Below are positions 58,647 to 64,000 of a stretch of 64,000 nt of DNA, piece after piece. Under the pieces are notes generated by a model. The model was not told the DNA's origin, searched no databases, and saw nothing but the letters and a program-made list of their open reading frames with translations. Every line of letters starts with the position of its first letter. The first letter of the stretch is position 1. The DNA lies in NCBI GenBank assembly GCA_964409955.1, contig CAYPEY010000003.1, positions 5,914-69,913 of the forward strand, given 5' to 3'. A program made the position numbers and the translations under genes. Origin of the DNA: an uncultured Staphylococcaceae bacterium (GTDB lineage Bacteria > Bacillota_I > Bacilli_A > ML615J-28 > CAG-313).

Positions 58647-59503
58647 ATTACCCCACCTTTTTTTAATATTTTTTTGTAAGCAATAAACGTATTTTCAAGA
58701 AGTGATGCGATAGTTAAAGGGCCAACTCCACCCGGAACTGGGGTGATAAATGATGCAACACGTGATACATCTATAAAATCTACATCTCCACACATCAGGC
58801 CATCTACTCTATTTGTTCCTACATCAATTACTACAGCACCTTCTTTTACCATATCACTAGTTATAAACTTAGCTTTTCCAATTGCAACTATTATTATATC
58901 TGCAAGACGTGTAATTTCTTTTAAATTACTTGTTCTTGAGTGACATATTGTAACAGTTGCATTTTTTTGAAGTAAAAGTTGAGCCATTGGTTTACCTACA
59001 ATATTGCTTCTACCTACTACTACAACATGACGTCCAGCAAGAGGTATATTATATTCTTCTAAAAGTTTAATAATTCCTTTAGGTGTTGCGCTTTCAATAC
59101 ATTCAAGGCCACTAAATAATTTACCTTTGTTTAAAATTCCAAAGCCATCAACATCTTTATCATCAGAAATGGCATCAATAACCTTTTGCTCATTGATATG
59201 CTGAGGTAGTGGAAGTTGTACAATAATCCCATGAACTGATAAATCATTATTTAGTTCACTGATTAAATCTAATAGTTTTTCTTCACTTGTATCTTCACTT
59301 AAACGTATTACCTCTGATGCCATACCAACAAAATCACAAGCTTTAATCTTATTTTTTACATATGTCATACTTGCAGGATTACTTCCAACAAGAATAATTT
59401 TTAAACATGGTGTAACAAAAGTTTTATTTTTAAAACTTTCTATTTCTTTTTTTAAATTTTCTTTTAATTTATTGCTAAGCGCTTTACCATCTAAAATAGT
59501 CAT
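58643..59503 (-). CDS. folD: bifunctional methylenetetrahydrofolate dehydrogenase/methenyltetrahydrofolate cyclohydrolase
   Basis: ILDGKALS..., VVVGRSNIVGKPMAQLL, TPVPGGVGPLT. Start at ATG 59503, 7 nt after AGGAG. Confidence 0.93.
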   Translation of the reverse strand: MTILDGKALSNKLKENLKKEIESFKNKTFVTPCLKIILVGSNPASMTYVKNKIKACDFVGMASEVIRLSEDTSEEKLLDLISELNNDLSVHGIIVQLPLPQHINEQKVIDAISDDKDVDGFGILNKGKLFSGLECIESATPKGIIKLLEEYNIPLAGRHVVVVGRSNIVGKPMAQLLLQKNATVTICHSRTSNLKEITRLADIIIVAIGKAKFITSDMVKEGAVVIDVGTNRVDGLMCGDVDFIDVSRVASFITPVPGGVGPLTIASLLENTFIAYKKILKKGGVI

Positions 59504-59553
59504 ATATATTCTCCTCATACGATTAAAACATTAGATTTTCACCTAATGTTTTT

Positions 59554-60105
59554 TTATCTTATTACATTTTCTCTTAATCTATGTTTATTAAGTTCATAGT
59601 TATAAATTGCATCTTCAACAATTTTAACTGCTTCATCCTTATCTGCAATTTCAAAACCTGTAGTACTCTTATGTTCTAAGTTCTTATATACCATAAAGAA
59701 ATGTTTAATTTCGTTAATCATATGTTCTGGAACATCATCAAGAGTCTTACAATGATTAAAGTTAGGGTCATTAAATGGCACCGCAATAATTTTATCATCA
59801 TCATATTTACCATCAATCATATGTATTACACCAATAGGATAACATCTAACTAAGCTCATTGGATGAATTGATTCGCTACAAAGTACAACAACATCAAGCG
59901 GGTCAAAATCCCCCGCATAAGTTCTTGGGATAAAACCATAATTTGCAGGATAATGTGTTGATGTATATAAAATACGGTCTAAATAAATTAATCCTGTCTC
60001 TTTATCTAGCTCATATTTGTTTTTACTTCCCTTACTAATTTCAATTACAACATAAAAATCATCTTTATTAATTTTAGTTTTATTAATATCATGCCAAATA
60101 TTCAT
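59554..60105 (-). CDS. ppa: family I inorganic pyrophosphatase
   Basis: NYGFIPRTYAGDFDPLDVVVL active-site region. Confidence 0.93.
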   Translation of the reverse strand: MNIWHDINKTKINKDDFYVVIEISKGSKNKYELDKETGLIYLDRILYTSTHYPANYGFIPRTYAGDFDPLDVVVLCSESIHPMSLVRCYPIGVIHMIDGKYDDDKIIAVPFNDPNFNHCKTLDDVPEHMINEIKHFFMVYKNLEHKSTTGFEIADKDEAVKIVEDAIYNYELNKHRLRENVIR

Positions 60106-60578
60106 TATTTTGTCTCCTTTTTATGATAAGCAAAATCTATTGCATTTTGAAATAGTACTTCACATGACTCCCCAATAGGATTGTGAGTTTCACATTTTAC
60201 CATATCTTGTTTTTTAAATTTACTTTTTATATCATCTATTGTTAATTTATCATAAGACTCATTAACTATTTTTATAATGTCGGTTAAATATATATTGTAA
60301 CAATAACATATTATTTGATTTTCAAGACGTTCTTTAAACCAAACCGGAACCTTTAAATCTTCTTTTAAATATACCACTGGATTATCTTTTTGAAAATATG
60401 TTACTTCACACTTTCTGTTATTACATATATATGTTTCATGATTTTCCAAAATGTATGTTGAATCTTTTAAGATATTTTTACAAACATTTATGTTAACTTT
60501 CCTTGCTTTCATATGACAAACCGGACAACTTGAATCACAAAGAGTTGCGCAACTTGTACATTCATTGTTACATTTCAT
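60105..60578 (-). CDS. Cys-rich metal-binding protein (CopZ-N-terminal-like zinc ribbon plus BFD-like CxC...C...C region)
   Basis: MKCNNECTSCATLCDSSCPVCHMKARKV...YICNNRKCEVTYF, then ICYCYNIYLTDII...VKCETHNPIGESCEVL. Start set at ATG 60578, 8 nt after GAGGA. The stop overlaps the ppa ATG (ATGA). Confidence 0.55.
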   Translation of the reverse strand: MKCNNECTSCATLCDSSCPVCHMKARKVNINVCKNILKDSTYILENHETYICNNRKCEVTYFQKDNPVVYLKEDLKVPVWFKERLENQIICYCYNIYLTDIIKIVNESYDKLTIDDIKSKFKKQDMVKCETHNPIGESCEVLFQNAIDFAYHKKETK

Positions 60579-60602
60579 ATATATTTCCTCTTCTTTTATC
60601 AT

Positions 60603-60631
60603 ATTATACTAAAATTTAATTTATTTGTAAA
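60603..60631 (-). promoter_or_regulatory. sigma-A-type promoter of the Cys-rich protein/ppa operon
   Basis: Minus strand TTTACA (60626-60631), 17 nt, TATAAT (60603-60608). Confidence 0.5.
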
Positions 60632-60683
60632 ATATAAACACATACAAAAACGTTTTCGCATATATATAAAATGGTGATTTTAA

Positions 60684-61106
60684 ATGTCAGTGATACAACA
60701 CAATGAAAAAGAAGTCGAACTTTTAGCTCGCCTTATGAGAGCTGAGGCAGAAAGTGAAGGAGAACTTGGAATGTTAATGGTAGGTAATGTTGCCATTAAT
60801 AGAGCTCTTGCAAATTGCCTTGATTTTAAAGATGTTAGAACTATTGAAGATGTAGTTTATATGAGACCTGGTGGATTTGAGGCAACTCTTTATGATTATT
60901 TCTATGAACCTGTTAGAGAAATAGACAAAAATCTAGCACGTCGTGTTATAAAGGGAGAAAAATTTCATCCTGCAAGTTATGCTTTATGGTTTTATAACGC
61001 ATACGATGATGATTGTAGAGCTAGATGGTGGGGTCAATGGAATTCAGGACGTTATAAAGCGCATTGTTTTTATACTCCTGTAGAAAGTGAAAATTGTTAT
61101 GTATAA
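60684..61106 (+). CDS. cwlJ: spore cortex-lytic enzyme CwlJ-like (SleB/CwlJ Hydrolase_2 family)
   Basis: ELLARLMRAEAESEGELGMLMVGNVAINRA motif. 140 aa. Followed by gerQ. Confidence 0.8.
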   Translation: MSVIQHNEKEVELLARLMRAEAESEGELGMLMVGNVAINRALANCLDFKDVRTIEDVVYMRPGGFEATLYDYFYEPVREIDKNLARRVIKGEKFHPASYALWFYNAYDDDCRARWWGQWNSGRYKAHCFYTPVESENCYV

Positions 61107-61160
61107 TTTAAAGTTATTTTGAATATATTTAACTGAATATAACTTTTAGAAAGGAGAACT

Positions 61161-61559
61161 ATGACTATTAATTATCAATTTCCTTATTATCAAACTCCAA
61201 ATAATACCCAAAACCCTTTTTATCAACCTCAATATAATCAAGCATATCCAAATCAATTCCCACAAAACTATCCTAATCAATACCCATCAATGCCTTCACC
61301 TACCCCTTTTAGAGGTATTGAAACTTCCTATGTAGAAAATATATTAAGACTTAATCTTGGTAAAACTGCAACGATTTATATGAATTTTGAGAACAGTCAA
61401 TGGGGATCAAAAGTATTTAAAGGAGAACTTTTAGGTGCTGGACGAGATCATATCTTACTTAAAGATAATCAAACAGGTGTTAATTATTTACTTCTTAGAA
61501 TCTATTTATCATATATAACATTTGATGAAGATATCGAATACGAATACCCATTTGCCTAA
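61161..61559 (+). CDS. gerQ: spore coat protein GerQ
   Basis: Q/P/N/Y-rich N-terminus, then SYVENILRLNLGKTATIYMNFENS...GRDHILL...YLLLRIYLSYITFDE. RBS AAAGGAG. Confidence 0.78.
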   Translation: MTINYQFPYYQTPNNTQNPFYQPQYNQAYPNQFPQNYPNQYPSMPSPTPFRGIETSYVENILRLNLGKTATIYMNFENSQWGSKVFKGELLGAGRDHILLKDNQTGVNYLLLRIYLSYITFDEDIEYEYPFA

Positions 61560-61627
61560 GTTTTCACATTTAACTTTACAAATATAATCTTTTTTGATAA
61601 AATAAAACTAATCAAGGAGGATTATAT

Positions 61628-62026
61628 ATGTGCGTTTTTTGTAAAATAATGAATGGTGAGATTCCAGCATATACACTTTATGAAAATGAATATGTAAAAT
61701 GTTTTTTAGATATATCTCAAGCAACAAAAGGTCACACTTTAGTTGTTACAAAAAAACATGTTGAAAATGTTTTTGAACTTGATGATAAAACATCTGAAGA
61801 AATCATGAAAGCAGCAGTTAAAGTATCTAAACTATTAAAAGAAAAATTAAACTTAACTAGTGTTAATTTATTAAATAATTCAGGAGAGCTTGCAGGTCAA
61901 ACAGTAATGCACTTTCATATGCATGTTCTACCTAGATATATTGATGATGAAATTAACTTTCATCAAGTAGATCATGAACCTAATTTTGATGAATTAAATA
62001 AATTATATGACATAATTTTAAAATAA
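61628..62026 (+). CDS. HIT-family (histidine triad) nucleotide hydrolase
   Basis: HFHMHVLPR triad. RBS AAGGAGG. Confidence 0.9.
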   Translation: MCVFCKIMNGEIPAYTLYENEYVKCFLDISQATKGHTLVVTKKHVENVFELDDKTSEEIMKAAVKVSKLLKEKLNLTSVNLLNNSGELAGQTVMHFHMHVLPRYIDDEINFHQVDHEPNFDELNKLYDIILK

Positions 62027-62070
62027 AAAAGAAGTATTTAGAAATAATAATGTTTCTAAATACTTCTTTT
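62027..62070. terminator. bidirectional intrinsic terminator between convergent genes
   Basis: 18-bp arms AAAAGAAGUAUUUAGAAA / UUUCUAAAUACUUCUUUU. Confidence 0.7.
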
Positions 62071-62075
62071 TTATT

Positions 62076-62510
62076 TTAATAATATTCACTATCATCACAA
62101 AACATAGCAACAATCGTCGGAATTAATGCTAAAATTTGGTCAAGAAAATAATGTAAAACTATGCAAGTAATAGCCCATACCAAATCGTTTTCTCTAAACT
62201 CGATGCAGAAACTACTTTCGAATGTAGTCTCAAAAAAGTACGTCGCTATAGATAAAATTAATGCAATGCCAGACATAACTAATGAAAAAATACCCGCAAA
62301 ATTAAATTCTCCTTCTTTAAAAGCTATAATTGTAGGAATTATCAAAGTCAATAATTCTATTATGAATATAACAGTTATAACTATAAACCATATATTTAAT
62401 AATTGTTCTAAAAAAACTACATTAGAAAAATAATAAACAATTAACATAAATAGCGAGATAATATATATTACGCTTTTTATTTCATTCCAAATTCCACGTA
62501 TTATATTCAT
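62076..62510 (-). CDS. hypothetical membrane protein (4 TM)
   Basis: Hydrophobic 144-aa ORF with RBS GGGAG. No family recognised. Confidence 0.55.
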   Translation of the reverse strand: MNIIRGIWNEIKSVIYIISLFMLIVYYFSNVVFLEQLLNIWFIVITVIFIIELLTLIIPTIIAFKEGEFNFAGIFSLVMSGIALILSIATYFFETTFESSFCIEFRENDLVWAITCIVLHYFLDQILALIPTIVAMFCDDSEYY

Positions 62511-62523
62511 ATTTTTCTCCCTT

Positions 62524-62658
62524 TTAATCTACTTTAACCCAAACATGAGTACCTGCAGGCCTCCTTTTTGGACACTTTGTTTTTAACGGAATACTATGAG
62601 AAGATCTAGATGTTCTTGCCCCACAATATTTACATTGATAATGTATTAATAAACTCAT
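62524..62658 (-). CDS. possible 44-aa zinc-ribbon-like small protein
   Basis: Manual translation gives MSLLIHYQCKYCGARTSRSSHSIPLKTKCPKRRPAGTHVWVKVD. AAGGAG lies ~12 nt upstream. The stop is 13 nt before the next gene's ATG. Below the ORF-track size cutoff. Confidence 0.3.
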   Translation of the reverse strand: MSLLIHYQCKYCGARTSRSSHSIPLKTKCPKRRPAGTHVWVKVD

Positions 62659-62713
62659 TTTTTTCTTTTCTCCTTTTCACTAAATTATGCTTTTATAAAC
62701 ACATAATAAAACT

Positions 62714-62751
62714 AAAAGGATTACAACTCTTTTACGAATTGTAATCCTTTT
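62714..62751 (-). terminator. intrinsic terminator after serS
   Basis: AAAGGAUUACAA-loop-UUGUAAUCCUUU followed by UAGUUUU. Confidence 0.65.
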
Positions 62752-62759
62752 TTTCTTTT

Positions 62760-64000
62760 TTATTTGATATATTCTACTCCCATATAAGGAACTAGTACTT
62801 CAGGAACTTTAATAGTGCCATCTGCTTGTTGATAGTTTTCAAGTACAGCAATTAAAGTTCTACCTACTGCAAGACCTGATCCATTAAGGGTATGAACAAG
62901 TTCTGTTTTTGCATCTTTTGTTCTTTTAAATCTAATATTAGCACGACGAGCTTGGAAATCTTCAGCATTACTGATTGAACCAATTTCTCTATAACAGTTT
63001 TGTCCTGGAAGCCAAACTTCAATATCATAAGTTTTTGCCATACCAAATCCCATATCTCCTGTACAAAGTTCAACTACATGATATGGAATATCAAGTTGCT
63101 TTAATACTTCTTCTGAGTTAAGTAACATTTTTTCAAGTTCATTATATGAATCTTCAGGTTTTGCAAACTTAATTAATTCAACTTTATTAAATTGATGTTG
63201 TCTTAAAACCCCTCTTGTATCACGTCCAGCACTACCTGCTTCAGCTCTAAATGCTGTTGTATATGAACAATATTTAATTGGAAGTTTATCTCCATCAATA
63301 ATTTCATCACGATACATATTAATTGTTGGAACTTCAGCTGTAGGATTTAAATACCAATCAGCATCATCGTCTTGACCTGCGCTTACTTTATATGCATCTT
63401 CTTTGAATTTAGGGAATTGTCCAGTACCAAGCATACTTGCTCCATTAACAATATATGGAGGAATAACTTCTGTATATCCATGTTGTTTTGCATGTAAATC
63501 CATCATAAAGGCAATTAATGCTCTTTCAAGGCGAGCACCAAGGCCTTTATAAACTACAAAACGAGCTCCAGTTATTTTTGCTGCGCGATCGAAATCTAAA
63601 ATGTCAAGTTTTTCCGCAAGTTCTACATGATCTTTTGGAGTAAAATCAAATTTAGTAGGTTCTTTAAAACGTCTAATTTCTCTATTTTCAGTTTCATCTT
63701 TTCCTACCTTTGTAGTTAAACTTACTAAGTTTGGTGTTCTTAACATATGATATCTAATTTTTTCATCAAGTTCTACTACTTCTTTTTCGAGATCTGCAAT
63801 TTTTGCACCAAATGAAGCAACTTCATTTAAGATAGGTGTTGCATCCATTTTGTTTCTTTTGTACTCACCAATAAGTTTACTTTTTTGGTTTTTTTCATTT
63901 TTTAAAGATTCTACTTCACTTAAAATTGAACGTCTTTCCTCATCATATGCTTTCACTTCGCGTAAATAATCGTAATTACCTCCACGAGTTTCAAGTCTTT
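62760..64000 (-). CDS. serS: seryl-tRNA synthetase (N-terminus runs off the window)
   Basis: Class II motifs [24 protein letters not shown] and [11 protein letters not shown]. The frame stays open upstream of the ORF-track start (…[21 protein letters not shown]) to position 64000. Confidence 0.95.
   Translation of the reverse strand, partial: RLETRGGNYDYLREVKAYDEERRSILSEVESLKNEKNQKSKLIGEYKRNKMDATPILNEVASFGAKIADLEKEVVELDEKIRYHMLRTPNLVSLTTKVGKDETENREIRRFKEPTKFDFTPKDHVELAEKLDILDFDRAAKITGARFVVYKGLGARLERALIAFMMDLHAKQHGYTEVIPPYIVNGASMLGTGQFPKFKEDAYKVSAGQDDDADWYLNPTAEVPTINMYRDEIIDGDKLPIKYCSYTTAFRAEAGSAGRDTRGVLRQHQFNKVELIKFAKPEDSYNELEKMLLNSEEVLKQLDIPYHVVELCTGDMGFGMAKTYDIEVWLPGQNCYREIGSISNAEDFQARRANIRFKRTKDAKTELVHTLNGSGLAVGRTLIAVLENYQQADGTIKVPEVLVPYMGVEYIK

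Noticed and set aside
60632-60683. Sporulation sigma-factor (sigma-E/K) promoter upstream of cwlJ (CATACA and CATATATA elements)
   Set aside because: The elements resemble -10 boxes, but I could not find a -35 element with the right spacing. I could not support the call without a matrix search.
1-64000. Scan of all intergenic regions over 60 bp for tRNA, rRNA, tmRNA, T-box or known riboswitch signatures
   Set aside because: None of these regions shows the conserved sequence hallmarks I can recognise by eye (for example a T-loop GTTCGAATC or T-box AGAGA/GGUGNRA). Only promoters, hairpin terminators and the leaders reported above were found. The serS T-box, if present, would lie beyond the right edge.

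Overview
AT-rich (about 30% G+C by eye) chromosomal segment of a Bacillota (Firmicutes) bacterium. It uses the standard code: Trp is TGG and TGA acts as a stop. About 90% of genes are on the minus strand. Conserved core, left to right: rnfG(partial)-rnfD-rnfC and pyruvate:ferredoxin oxidoreductase nifJ (anaerobic ferredoxin metabolism); a radical-SAM/murE pair; the rsmI-yabB-ricT-holB-tmk block; truA-ecfT-ecfA2-ecfA1; the complete alpha/spc/S10 ribosomal-protein superoperon from rplQ (27.6 kb) to rpsJ (42.1 kb), including rpmJ (too short for the ORF track), infA, map, adk, secY and rpoA; fba; spoVT-mfd-pth; folD; ppa; cwlJ-gerQ; hit; serS (runs off the right edge). I saw no rRNA, tRNA or CRISPR array. 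Three accessory pockets interrupt this core. (1) 17.2-19.1 kb: an orphan AlbA_2 (Schlafen-type)/HATPase_c_4/wHTH protein, preceded by a ~210-nt leader with a long strand-specific hairpin terminator and a 13-codon uORF. (2) 23.98-27.46 kb, wedged between rplQ and ecfA1: an AbiEi-like/AbiEii type IV toxin-antitoxin pair whose consensus promoter is bracketed by two related inverted repeats, plus a decayed rhuM, an M50 protease and a small membrane protein. (3) 42.4-53.0 kb, directly upstream of the S10 promoter: a DUF3800 protein, a 1847-aa lipoprotein built from at least 15 His+3Cys modules of ~37 aa, a TnpB (IS605-family) C-terminal remnant, a phosphodiester-glycosidase-like surface protein carrying the same Cys module, and a divergent GT2-like protein. 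All family assignments come from motif recognition by eye; no database search or folding program was available.
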